64,000 nt of DNA from NCBI GenBank assembly GCA_964016885.1, contig OZ024744.1, positions 85,560,001 through 85,624,000 on the forward strand, written 5' to 3'. The notes beneath the pieces were generated by a model. The model worked only from the letters and a program-made list of their open reading frames with translations, ran no database searches and had not been told where the DNA came from. This DNA comes from Eledone cirrhosa (taxonomy: Eukaryota). The translations under genes were made by a program, and so were the position numbers. Shown in pieces: positions 44,183 through 56,561 of this stretch. Within the stretch, counting starts at the first letter, position 1, and each line of letters opens with the position of its first letter.

Positions 44183-44673
44183 TAGATGTTTATATATATA
44201 TACACACTCACACACACGCGCACACACACACTCACACACGCACACACACACACATATATATGTATATACATAGATGTTTATATATACACACACCCTCACA
44301 CACACTCACACACACACATACACACACACATATATATAGCTTTCTCTCTTACAAATATAATAATGATATATAAAGAAATCGTTATAGAAAAAAATAAAAA
44401 GACTCAAATAAAATTGTAATAATTTGAAATGTCACAAGTTAATTGCAGTTCGTGTATGGTTAGTGAATAAATGATATAAAACAAAATGGAGAAATGAAAT
44501 ATATAGACATTAAAATGTAGATGAATGAGTTTCGATAAAATCAAAAATTCTGGAGAGATAGAAAGAAAGAAAGAGGGTGAGAGAGAGGGGGAGTGAAACG
44601 GTGATATAGTGAAGGTATATTTATTCATGAATCTCTCTCTCTCTTTCTCTGTATATATATGTATATGTATATA

Positions 44674-44712
<39 letters not shown>

Positions 44713-44715
44713 TCA

Positions 44716-44795
<80 letters not shown>

Positions 44796-44833
44796 TTATT
44801 TTTATTTATGTAATAAACAACATAAGACAATTA

Positions 44834-44906
44834 TTCCATTTACCAAAGGTTTCACGAAGACAGACGAGCTCAACAGAGACGTCTGAAATCGCTCATCAGA
44901 ATGAAA
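44834..44906 (-). ncRNA. Type I hammerhead motif
   Basis: Minus: ttcatt-CTGATGA-gcg..cagacg/cgtctg..cgt-GAAA-cctttgg-TA-aatgga. Confidence 0.7.
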
Positions 44907-44984
44907 ATTTAATATATAAAAGTAAATAACAACAACAAGGACTACAGTTACGAACGGTCTGTCTGTTTGTCTATCTACCTGTCT

Positions 44985-46540
44985 AGGTTTCGTCTAGTGT
45001 TGGCCCAGGCCATGTCTAACTTAATAGCACCACCTGGCGAAGTCTTTCAAATCAGGATTTGGACACCATGGCCCACTCAAGTAGAGAGTCATTGTTTACG
45101 GAGACATATTCGAGTGTAGGAGGTTTATCCGGGATTTCTTGAAGGAATTTGTCCAAAGACTTCTGGAAATTTATGGGGTCTATTTTCGTTATAATGTATT
45201 TTGGTGTAATGTTAAAGAAAGGCTGGCCAATTGAGGTGAAATAATTGTACCGTATTGTTATGAGATGGAGTGAGATTTTTGTCGTGGGTGGATAACACGG
45301 GGCCCATACCTTGTGTGTAGCTTGCAGGTGATGCCAACATCATTTGGGCAATGCTGATGGAATATGTTCCACATCATGCAAATAATGCAGCACTCACGGC
45401 GACGTTGAAGAGAATAAAGTTTGAGCTTTTCTAATCGACTCCAATAGTCAAGGTCTGACATGCCATCTATCTTTTTTGTAATTGACCTTTGAGGTGCTTC
45501 ATCATTCATGATACTTTGTTTCGTGTGGGGGAGATCACAGTGGACAACGGTATTCAAGGTGGGGTCGGTCAAAAGTGGAGAAGAGAAGGATAACAGTGTG
45601 GATATCTCTCGACTGGAAGGTTCTGAGAATCCAGGAACACATTCTGCGCGCCATGTTAACTTTTCTGTTTATATGAGTGGCCCAGTTTATGTTGTTGTCC
45701 ACAATTACTCCCAAGTCTCTGATGTTGTTGGATGCCACGAGAGTTTCACCTGAAGGAAGGAAGTATGGGGAGGTTCAGGGCATACTCTTTTCCAAAGTGG
45801 ATAAACTATAATGTATCCTCATTCAGCAGCATACTGTTCTTTTCCGCCCATTGGATAGCAGCCATTAGGTCTGACTGAAAGCATGTCCGGTCGCTTACTT
45901 CTTTGATGACCTTCTGAAGCTTGGAATCATCTGCAAATATTCTTATGTTGCTGTGCTTGATTATGTCAGTAATGTCATTAATATAGATGATGAAAAGAAG
46001 TGAGTCCAACACAGTGCCTTGTGGGACGCCACTGCTAACTTTAGCTGGGCTTGATATTACTCCTTCGACTACATGTTGGGCTCTGTATGCCAGGAAACAT
46101 TTGATACACTGTAGTAACTTTCCAAACACACCAATGTTGGATAGATTTTCAGTAGAATATTATGATCAACCCTATCAAAGGCCTTACTGAAATGATGACA
46201 TCAGTGTTGGAGCCCTCTCCCATAGCTCTCAAAACATCATCAAAGTGATGCAGGGGCTGCGTTAAGCAGTCTCTTCCATTACGGAACCGATGGTGGCTAG
46301 AGTTCAGCAGCCTGTTGCTTTCAAGAAAGTGGGTTATTCGTGATATCACCACCTCCTCAAATACTTTGATGATATCAGAGGTGAGTGGGATCGAACTGGA
46401 AGGGACTTGTTTCGCTTTTTGAAAACTGGGACAACAGACTGGGACAGAAAGTTTTCAGGAATATAGTCAGCATCCAATGAGTTCGTCCACAGATTAACAA
46501 GAAGAGATGCAAGACGGTATCGACACACCTTCAGGACACT
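44985..46540 (-). mobile_element. Decayed CR1/L2-like LINE, same family as 4146-6870
   Basis: SGVPQGTVLD..IYIND, FADDSKL, YSLQRRRE; matching 3' UTR. Confidence 0.9.
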
Positions 46541-46562
46541 AGCATATATATATATATATATA

Positions 46563-46601
<39 letters not shown>

Positions 46602-46959
46602 CCCGAATTACTTGATCGTTATTTTGGGCTATACAATTATTGTTTAACCATCGTCTCAGTGTGTTTGGCCTTTAACGTTTGTTATAGCTCTGGTTCATCT
46701 AAATCATTGAGCACTTGCCGCACATCTCGGAGGTTGTTTTTCGTTATTTCGTGGGCCGAAATTCGAATCTCGATAATTTATGTTTATATATATATATATA
46801 TATATATAGCTATATACATATCTATCTAAGGCGGGTAAAATTCCCGAGATCCATGGACGAGTTCTCTCCAGCGGTCTCTGTCCCTCATTATCGCTGCCAT
46901 ATCCTGCATCTCCAACAGACCAGTGTCTGTCCTTAGGGCATCAACATATGTTAACCTTG

Positions 46960-47082
<123 letters not shown>

Positions 47083-47120
47083 TATATACATATATACATA
47101 TGTTATATATATATATATAT

Positions 47121-47163
<43 letters not shown>

Positions 47164-47426
47164 TACATATATATATACATATATATATTTATATACATAT
47201 ATATATACATATATACATATATATATATACATATATATATACATATATACTTATATATATACATATATATATATGTATATACATATATATATACATATAT
47301 ATATATACATGTATATATTTCGTTTTTGAATTTATTTTGCAAGATTTCTTATCTAAAATCGCGTGTTGAAACATATTGTTATACTTTGGGAGGGTCATGT
47401 AGCCAATATTGGCTCTTCCAAAGTAT

Positions 47427-47455
<29 letters not shown>

Positions 47456-47458
<3 letters not shown>

Positions 47459-47650
47459 GGAAGGATATGTGGTAAGGAACCAGGTGGACCATAACGCACC
47501 AAAGTACTCAATACTTAGGGTAGTAGAGTGGGTAATAGGAACGAGTAGGACCCCGACGGCTGAGCTCAAGCCGTTTCGACGGCTAATCTGGACTGAATTA
47601 GCCGTCGAAACGGCTTGAGTTCAGCCGTCGGGGTCCTACTCGTTCCTATA
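47456..47650. repeat. Short repeat ending in a fold-back hairpin (47535-47650) with the 3' half of an HHR
   Basis: ataggaacgagtaggaccccgacggc..gccgtcggggtcctactcgttcctat; GAAA-cggc..gccg-TC; related copies at 21995-22060 and 56372-56490. Confidence 0.7.
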
Positions 47651-48674
47651 TATATATATATATATATATAGTAATAATAAATATAAAGACCAAAATCCGA
47701 AGAGGGCTCGATAAGGATTGTATATATGCATAAGTACATATAAACCTGCAGAACAAGTAGTTATTATTAGTACAGATTAAATTTTAAGGGAAGTATTTAT
47801 GCTTTCACCCTATACGGGATCTTCTGAAATACAGTTTCAGAAGATTTAGTATAGGGTGAAAGCAGAAATTCTTTGCTTAAACTTTAATTCATACAAGTAA
47901 AAAAAAAAATATATATATATATATACACATATATATATATATATATATATATAAACAAATAGTAGAAAGGAAAAAGATAGTCAGTAGAAAACATCGAAGA
48001 TATTTTTTCAGTGAAATATCAAAACATTAATTTATTTACAATACCGGTTTCAGCATTATATGCATTGTCATTTGCGGATATGCAGAATATTGTTAAGTTG
48101 CATATTTGTTCAAATAGTGATAATAATAATAAAAAAATCTAAAAATGAGAAGAAAAATTAATTTTCACATACATGTTCATTCAGAGAAGAGAGTTTATTT
48201 CTCTGTCCATCTCTGCTAATAGCTTGGTTGTGACTGGAGAGGGTAGAAGAAGGGAGGGGAGAAGGATGAGGCAGGGTATAGTAGTGGTAGCAGAGTGCTG
48301 TGAGAGACCCTTTGAAGAGCTGATACAAGGTTTGGCTGGGATTGGTTTGAAAGGGCAGGTGACCTTAGAGTTGACCGGCGGTGGGTTGGGGGGGGGGTAT
48401 TGCTTCTAAAACTATCTATCTTGGTATTTTTTTTAGAAGAAATCATCAACATTGACCTTGTTTTTTGGCCTCAAAGAAGATTCAGATTTATTAAAATACT
48501 AATTCCATCCCTAGCAGAAATTGCAGATTTAGCGGAATGGGGAAAATTTTGCCACAAAGAGGGGTTCAGAACCACTGGAATTAATTTTCAGCAGAAACAT
48601 CCAGATTTAAGGGAATGTAAAGTATTTAGTTTGACACCTGAATGCTTCCATTTATCCGATATATATATATATAT

Positions 48675-50043
48675 ATATATATATGAATGTATATATAGTG
48701 TATTTGCAATACACTGTATGTTTAATTAAAAGCATTTCGAAGACCTTACGCTATTGTTTTAGAGTAGTGACAGTTTCACTTACTTTAAATTTTCAGAAAA
48801 CAGGGGAGATAAAGCTGACAGAGCTCTGTTTCGTACTGATTGGTACTTATGAAAACCAAGTACTCAACCTGTTTGCTGAAAATCATGAATGTTAGATTCT
48901 TATAGAATTCTAGTAATAATCAGGAACTGATTATACAGAGTGGTTGCCGGTCAAGCAGATATTGAAAATTAGAATTGGTGCTCTGAAATATATATATCGC
49001 TATATATATATGAATGTATATATAGTGTATTTTGTAATACACTGTATGCTTAATTAAAAGCATTTCGAAGACTTTACGCTATTGTTTTAGAGTAGTGACA
49101 GTCTCACTTACTTTAAATTTTCAGCAAACAGGGGAGATAAAGCTGACAGAGCTCTGTTTCATACTGATTGGTACTTATCAAAGTCAAGTACTCCACCTGT
49201 TTGCTGAAAATCATGAATGTTTTATTCTTATAGAATTCTAGTAATAATCAGGAATTGCTTATACAGAGCGGCTGCCGGTCAAGCAGAAATTGAAAATTAG
49301 AATTGGTGCTCTGAAATAGCGATATATATATGAATGTATATATATTGTATTTTGCAATACACTGTATGCTTACTTAAAAGCATTTCGAAGACCTTACGCT
49401 ATTGTTTTAGTGTAGTGACAGTCTCACTTACTTTAAATTTTCAGCAAACAGGGGAGATAAAGCTGACAGAGCTCTGTTTCGTACTGATTGGTACTTATCA
49501 AAGCCAAGTACTCCACCTGTTTGCTGAAAATCATGAATCTTTTATTCTTATAGAATTCAAGTAATAATCAGGAATTGCTTATACAGAGCGGTTGCCGGTC
49601 AAGCAGAAATTGAAAATTAGAATTGGTGCTCTGAAATAGCGATCTAGAATACTTGGCTTTGATAAGTACCAATCAGTACGCAACAGAGCTCTGTCAGCTT
49701 TTCTCCCCTGTTTGCTGAAAATTTAAAGTAAGTGAGACTGTCACTACACTAAAACAATAGCGTAAGGTCTTCGAAATGTTTTTAAGTAAGCATACAGTGT
49801 ATTTCAAAATACACTATATATACATTCATATATATATCGCTATTTCAGAGCACCAATTCTAATTTTCAATATCTGCTTGACCGGCAACCGCTCTGTACAA
49901 TCAGTTCCTGGTTATTACTAGAATTCTATAAGAATCAAACATTCATGATTTTCAGCAAACTGGTGGAGTACTTGGCTTTGATAAGTACCAATCAGTACGA
50001 AACAGAGCTCTGTCAGCTTTATCTCCCCTGTTCGCTGAAAATT
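48675..50043. repeat. Second tandem array (320-327 bp unit, 3 copies plus ~1.2 inverted) of the U3-A8 HHR family, diverged from 29985-31423
   Basis: tgaatgtata recurs at 48684, 49011 and 49331; inversion at about 49648; shared blocks such as aattaaaagcattt.gaagacc and aaattagaattg..gctctgaaatagc. Confidence 0.9.
49949..50041 (+). ncRNA. Type I hammerhead, U3-A8 variant (minus copies 49438-49530 and 49118-49210 keep the core; 48790-48882 and the ~49650 copy are mutated)
   Basis: ttttcagcaaac..ggct-TTGATAA-gtac caatca gtac-GAAA-cagagctctg-TC-agct..gctgaaaa. Confidence 0.85.
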
Positions 50044-50545
50044 TCGTTTGGAATCATCGGATCATTAGCAATGTTTGTACATATAATTAACCTCCTATAT
50101 TATACGAGAATTGTACAATAATTAAAATTAAAATTAAAAGCACAGAGTGGAATACAGGCAACAGATAATACAAGGGAATAGTCTAATAATTAAAGAGGCA
50201 TTGAGAAAGAATGAAGACACTAGCAGTATATATTCAAGCGTGTAGAGAGTGCACTTGTATTAGTCATATATATGAGAAGGAAAAAAGCAAAGGTATTAGG
50301 CATATATAAATACTGTATGACATAAAATACAAGCACTTTAAGCGAATATGTTAGTGTATTAAAATTAAGGTGGATGTAATGTAATGATTGTTTCTGTAGT
50401 GATCAAATGTGTATGTGTTGAGAGTATCAAAGTTATTAACTTTTCCATTACATATGTTAAATTATATTTTAGTTAATGTTTATGTTGAATGTTTTTAGTT
50501 AGTTATAGCAATGGATTGTAAATTGGTCTTATTATATTCTTATCC

Positions 50546-50618
50546 ATGGATTAGAGTTGTTCTACGGCGAGTTTTTCTAACGGTTAGAAAAACTCGCCGT
50601 AGAACAACTCTAATCCAT
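50546..50618. repeat. Perfect palindrome with 36-bp arms and a 1-nt spacer
   Basis: atggattagagttgttctacggcgagtttttctaac-g-gttagaaaaactcgccgtagaacaactctaatccat. Confidence 0.85.
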
Positions 50619-50701
50619 CGAAGAAACGATTGTCAGCAATAAAATGATTTGAACATAACATTGATAATTGTGTAATTTATATGTATATATATATATATAT
50701 A

Positions 50702-51449
50702 TATGCTAATTGGGAGAGGAAATGGAGTGTATATCTTATCAAATGATTCTATGGACATAATTTATAGTATATTGCTCTGGTTATTTAATTTATTAATTCA
50801 TCATTGAGCCACATCGTGAATGTTTGCCATAAACATATCTATGACTTTGTCTAGTTTGTGTATATGTAAATCTTTATATTTGATAATCTCCCATAAGGTT
50901 GAGATGCAATTTAGGCAATATTAGGCTGCGCTTTCTAGCAACCAGCCCACTAGTCGTAAGGCACCAATCACATTCTTTCTGACTTGACCACTGCCACGTC
51001 ACGGTTCTTAGCTATTTTGAATTCGTTTCTGGCGGGGATCATTTAAGAAAAATCTTTGTCCAAGTGAGTTTGTTTCCTGATGAGTTCGAAGCTCGAGAAT
51101 TTATCCTTGATAGGATATTTCCCAAAGCGAACGTAACCCTAAGGGGTAGAAACGTAATCCTGGTATGTGTATATGCATTTTTTCTTCTAACTTTAATTTT
51201 ATACCTAATTGTGTATGGTTGACGATATAGTTAATCGATTTCCACGTGCTATTGAAATGCTGGGTAAATATTCTCTAGCTGTTGATCGCGAATAGATGGC
51301 TGTCGCTTATTTATCTATTATTTCTTCATAGGTTCCTTTTAATCTTATAGCCTTGTTTAATTGGGGTTTTTTTGTGTAGTTGATTATGCTAATTGGGAGA
51401 GGAAATGGAATATATATATTATCAAATAATTCTATGGACATAATTTATA

Positions 51450-51452
<3 letters not shown>
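50702..51452 (+). mobile_element. Terminally redundant 683-bp non-coding unit with a decayed HHR at 51072-51153
   Basis: tatgctaattgggagaggaaatgga.. at 50702 and 51385; gtttc-CTGATGA-gttcg..cgaac-GTAA-ccctaagggg-TA-gaaac. Confidence 0.6.
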
Positions 51453-51480
<28 letters not shown>

Positions 51481-51483
<3 letters not shown>

Positions 51484-52008
51484 AAAATTTTGCTTCACAT
51501 GGCTGAATACAATAAATCTAATCTGAGTTTTTCGATTATTAATAATAATCAAACTGTCAGAGCTAGTGCATAATTTCAAACGAATCGAATGATATTATTA
51601 ATATTCGAAAAACTCAGATTACATTTATTGTATTCAGCCATGTAAAGCGAAATTTTCTTTTTTATTTGAATTTGGCTAGCCGGCCATTTATCGCTCGTAT
51701 ACAGGAGACTGACTGGACAGTCTGCTGATATGCAAATCTGGCTGACCAGTGGATCTGCTAATATGCAGATCTGACTGATCAGCCAGTCTGCTAATATGCA
51801 AATCAGGCCGATCAGTCACTGGGTATTTTTGAAAATAGCATATATTTTCACTAGCTCTGAGAGTTTGGCAGGTGAACAGTGAGCTGTACTGATGAAGGGT
51901 GATACCCAGAAACATTAGTGTCTGCAGTTCTGTTCGCATGCCAACACAGGAGCAAGAATGAAGTGATCATTCTACTGACAAGGCTATAAAATTGAGGCTT
52001 GTTTGCAT
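51481..52008 (+). mobile_element. 437-nt HHR unit (different permutation of 27385-27843) with an inverted 5' segment (51481-51566)
   Basis: Unit runs from tgcat (51567) to tgcat (52004); HHR at 51881-51930: gagctgta-CTGATGA-agggtgataccca-GAAA-cattagtg-TC-tgcagttc. Confidence 0.82.
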
Positions 52009-52009
52009 T

Positions 52010-53330
52010 GAAACTATTAGCCTCCAGCTAAATGAAAAGAATATTCTTGAAAGTTCTATAAAAGTCTCATATTTCAGAGCGTAACAGATTTTCTGGTGTA
52101 TTGTTTTTCAGAAGACAAGCAAATTGTTTGCTGTCACGATATTCCAGGCATTCTCTATAGAATCGAGATTATTTTCGGATAGTTCTTCATTATGGCAGTG
52201 AAGGCGTATGACTTTGTGGTTAGGGTATTCAGCTCACAATCGTGAGGTCGTGAGTTCGATTCCCGGTGGTGTGTTGTGTCCTTGAGCAAGACCCTTTATT
52301 TCTCGTTGCTCAGTTGGCAAAAAAATGAGTTTACTTGTAATTCAAAGCACCAGTTTTGCCACATTCTGTGTCACACTGATTCTCCCTGAGAATTACGCTA
52401 AGGGTATGCGTGTCTGTAGAAAGCTCGGCCACTTGCACGTTAAGTTCACGAGCAGGCTGTTCCATTGATTCCTATCGGAACACTCGTCGTCGCAACCGAC
52501 GGAGTGCCAGTAAATCATTATGGCAATGTTTTTATGCAATCCCAGTTAGTTACCCATGACAACATAAAAATGATCATTGACTTACACAAATATCACGAGA
52601 ACAACTTCCTCCTAGGGCAACAGAAACAATTTCACTAATTTTCCATGAGGGACAGTCCAGCTCGAGGCAAACACTGAACTCAGAAGGAATGGCCTCCTCC
52701 GTGAAACTCTGAAAGTAGGCATGCCAAATATTGTGAATGACATGGTTGTAACAGAGAGAAGATTATTCCCCCACCCCACCCCGCTCTATCTTAAATTTGT
52801 TGATGCAGTTTGTCAAGGCATTGAATCATAACAATGTATGCTTTCAGCACATAGTTCTGCTTTTCCTGCTTTGTTTTACCAGTAAATCAAACCGGGTAGA
52901 TTTGATGGACCCCAAATTCGTACACTTGTACATGATGAGGAAGTTATTAGAAAAATGAATGACAAGAAAAAGACAACATGGCTGTCGTTTGAGGCGGTTA
53001 CAAAAACATTCTAGGTAAGAAAAAAGCAGATAACTATGAGATTCAGTTTACTAAAATGTTGTTGGCTTTTCGTGATCTTGGATGTAACGTGAGTGCGAAG
53101 CTTCATTTCCTGAATAGTGACCTTCATCATTTCCCCAAGAACCTTGAAGCTGCGATGGACAGGGAGATTGCTTCATGGTGTTAGATTTTATGATCTTAGA
53201 AGAGCATTATCAAAGGCGTCGGAATAGACATATGAAACCGGACTGCTGCTGGAGTATCATTAGAGATTTCACTGACAAAGTCTATAACGAAAATTCTTGC
53301 CAGACTAAGAACAAACTTTACTACGTATTG
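52010..53330 (+). mobile_element. Decayed DNA-transposon transposase (Chapaev3/CMC-like)
   Basis: Fragments PLYLK..MQFVKAL, FDGPQIRTLVHDEE, WLSFEAVTK, LGCNVSAKLHFLNS..FPKNL, DCCWSIIRD; family name from memory of these motifs. Confidence 0.65.
52198..52514 (+). mobile_element. tRNA-derived SINE (family B) inserted in the transposase
   Basis: A box tgactttgtggtt, B box gagttcgattccc, tgtgtccttgagcaag; TSD tcattatggca at 52187 and 52515. Confidence 0.8.
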
Positions 53331-53353
53331 TGATGAATTTAAACGCTCCTGAG

Positions 53354-53550
<197 letters not shown>

Positions 53551-54150
53551 GCGCACGCACGTATTATATATATATATCCTCCACTTCCACCAAGTGTGAA
53601 GCTTATATCTCTGTAAAAAATTGCCTCTCGCGTTTTGTTTGTTTCATTATCAACGCTGCCGACGACTGTACGTTTTGCTCACAATGTTGATGTGCTGTAC
53701 GTTCGGACGAATTTGCTGTACGTTTTAGTGATCTTGCCATCGGTTTATAAAATTCAAGTTTTGACGCATTGATTGAATGCATTTTCACATACTCGCGTTT
53801 CGGAGCTTCAGAAAAATAAAAGCACGTGAGAATTCAAACGAGTCTTGTGCATGCAAGACTTATGAGGTCAAAGGCGTCTGTAAATTTTGGGGAAATATAT
53901 GTCCAGTTTACCACGCCATATCTATCATAACGGAGGAATTTTTCTCACAAAATGGTGTAAAAGGTGCGTGAATTTTTTTTCAAAAGTTTGATAGATTAGA
54001 TTAAATTTTAGAGAGCTAATTTATACAACCACGCCGTATCAGTCTGAACACAAAAGCAGAATTCTTATAACCTACAGTGTAAACGGTATGTAATTTTTTT
54101 TATAGGTTAATTAATTCAAATAAATCTTATAGAACTAACTTGAACCAGAT

Positions 54151-55545
54151 ATGAGTGATAGAATTGTGAAACGAGAACATTCTTCAGATAATTGTTTCTA
54201 CGTTAGGCACAATGCCAGCAATTACCCAGTGCATTACTGGTACTTTATTTTATCGACCCCGTAAGGATGAAAGGCAAAGTTAACCTTGGCGGGATTTGAA
54301 CTCAGAATGGCAAGGGCCGTAACTCTATACCTCAAAGCATGGCGTCCGACCCTCTACCAATACTGCCAATCCACCGAACATTCTTCAGATAATGAACGTA
54401 AAGCAGCAGATGAGAAGAAGGTTAGATGGGCATCGTATGAAAGGAAGCTTCCGTCCAAATTGTTGTACGATGAAAAATGTTCTTCTTGGTTGGAAGTGGG
54501 AAAGAACGATACAACTAAAGGCAAATGCATATTTTGCAAATGTGAAATTGCCGGCAGTTTGAGTCAAATTTTACGACATGAGCAGACAGAAAAGCACCGC
54601 AAGAATGCAAAAGAAGCGAACAAAGCAACGAAATTGACAAATTTTATCCAAGCCTCTTTGTTTTCTTCACACTCCAGGAAAGTAGTATCTGCTGAATTAA
54701 AGTACTGTGCATTTGTTGCTGAGCATAATCTACCCATCTCTATTTTGGGCCACTTGCTTGGCCTTGTTGTAAACGCCTGTCCTGATTCTAAAATCGCCCA
54801 GGAACCAAATTCCGTGGAAGAATTGACAAGAAGTATTTATGCATACTTTAGTCACAGTCCTAAGCGGATCAATGAATACAAAGGTCTGCAGAAAATAGCT
54901 TCAATTGATCCTCACCAAATCCTGCATGCAAGCTGCACAAGGTGGCTGTCTCTCAAGCAATTTGTGGAGCGTATTTTACCCAAGCAACATTAGAGGATGG
55001 GTGCCCGTCTACGGCTCGAAGAATTCTCACTGAAATGAAGAATCCTCTTTCAAAGATGTATTTTGCATTTCTATCTTTTATTTTAAACGACGTCAACAAC
55101 CTTAATCTGGAATTCCAGGCCGAAAGCTATCAGATGCATAAACTCAAAAGAGCAATCAACACTGGAATGAAGGGAATTTTGAGCAATTTCATTAAACCTG
55201 ATTTACTTTCTGTCATCAATGTATGTGAGATTTATGTCAACGATTCAACGGCACATCAACCATTAGATCGTATCTACTTTGGTGCTGTAGCTGAGAGCAT
55301 TTTACACTACAATTCTACCACCATTGCCCTTGATGAATTGCTGACTTTCCAACAGAATATACTACGATTCTTTGTTTGTCTTTCAAACCAAATGCTAATG
55401 CGGTTTTTGTCTTGCAATATGTAGAACAATTTGGAACTACTTGAGGCGTTAGACCCAACCAACGTGATGGGGGGAAGGCCGAGGTCAATAATTCCACTTG
55501 TTATGTGATTTCCAAGTTTTTGTGATGAGAAAGATTGGAGGGTAT
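54151..55545 (+). pseudogene. hAT-like transposase pseudogene (BED-type finger, internal deletion), interrupted by a SINE
   Basis: ATG at 54151 (MSDRIVKREHSSDN); WLE..CIFCKC..LRHEQTEKH; FVAEHNLP; IYAYFSHSPKR; CTRWLS; NLNLEFQ. Confidence 0.75.
54193..54375 (-). mobile_element. tRNA-derived SINE (family A) with an 18-bp TSD
   Basis: gaacattcttcagataat at 54175 and 54376. Confidence 0.9.
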
Positions 55546-56018
55546 AATTTTTTAATAGTTTTTATTAAGTTCCTTAAGAAGGAAAAAGTTGTAAGTTTCA
55601 GGAGTCATGGTGTATAGATTTTTAGTTTTGTCAGACATAACATGTCAAAGGTGGCTATCTTTAATTTTTGCTATAGTTGTTGCTAATTTAGTGAGGAAAT
55701 TATTCTTGTGTCTATAATGCTTTTTGAATTTAATGCTCCTGACGAAGTTGAATAGATCTTTCTCAAAAGGGTCCAGCAGGATGTTGTGTGGGGGGTTCTT
55801 GCAGGTGGTAAATCCATATCTATTTGCTGTACTTCCGGCGTCAGAAGGCTTTCTATCTTATTCTTCGGATGAAAGAGTTGACACTCTGTATTAGGAGTTT
55901 GAGGTATGTCTTCCTGTCCTTTATAGGTATGGACTTAAGTGAGATTCTGAGTTCCTGCTTGCTCAACATGGTGACTTATAACAGTAAATAGCTCAATTAC
56001 GGGAGCTCAAGTATACAC

Positions 56019-56356
56019 AGTTCAAGAGTAACCAATCTTAAAGAGAGAGATGGAGATAGGAAAGGAGATATGAGAGGAGAGATTCGTGAATTAGTTAGAA
56101 GCCAAAGCGTAAAGACATGTTCTCAATGTGCAATATGCAGTAGAAAGCAGCTAGGTGGCTGGATTCATGCAGAAGTTAGGCGCGCAGAGCTGGAAATATT
56201 CATTAGTTAAGCAAAACAAGACCACAAATTTCACATGCATATTGCACATTGAGCACATGCCTTTACGCTTTGGCTTCTAACTAATTCACCAATCTCTCCT
56301 CTCATATCTCCTCTCATATCTCCATCCCTCTCTTTAAGATTGGTTACTCTTGAACT
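56019..56356. repeat. Inverted repeat with ~120-bp arms and ~96-bp spacer
   Basis: 56019-56139 is the near reverse complement of 56236-56356. Confidence 0.8.
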
Positions 56357-56487
56357 ATATATATATATATATAACGAAGGAAATGTGGTAAGGAACCAGG
56401 TGGACCATAACGCACCAAAGTACTCAATACTTGGGGTAGTAGAGTGTGTAATAGGAACCAGTAAGACCCCGAGGTCTTACTGGTTCC

Positions 56488-56525
<38 letters not shown>

Positions 56526-56561
56526 AATTACATGAATCAAAGTTCTTTTTAAACCATTTAT

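Noticed and set aside
47745-47900. Imperfect inverted repeat with CAGAAGA..GAAA
   Set aside because: Core and stems are too degenerate to call a ribozyme
48683-49564. Repeated 70-76 aa ORFs within the array
   Set aside because: Start and stop positions are not conserved between units or in the sister array; they are antisense to the ribozyme
52198-52275. tRNA gene
   Set aside because: The tRNA-like head continues into a SINE body with a TSD; the same applies to family A heads
54286-54993. 235-aa ORF as an intact gene
   Set aside because: The N-terminus is antisense SINE sequence; the rest is an internally deleted, frameshifted transposase
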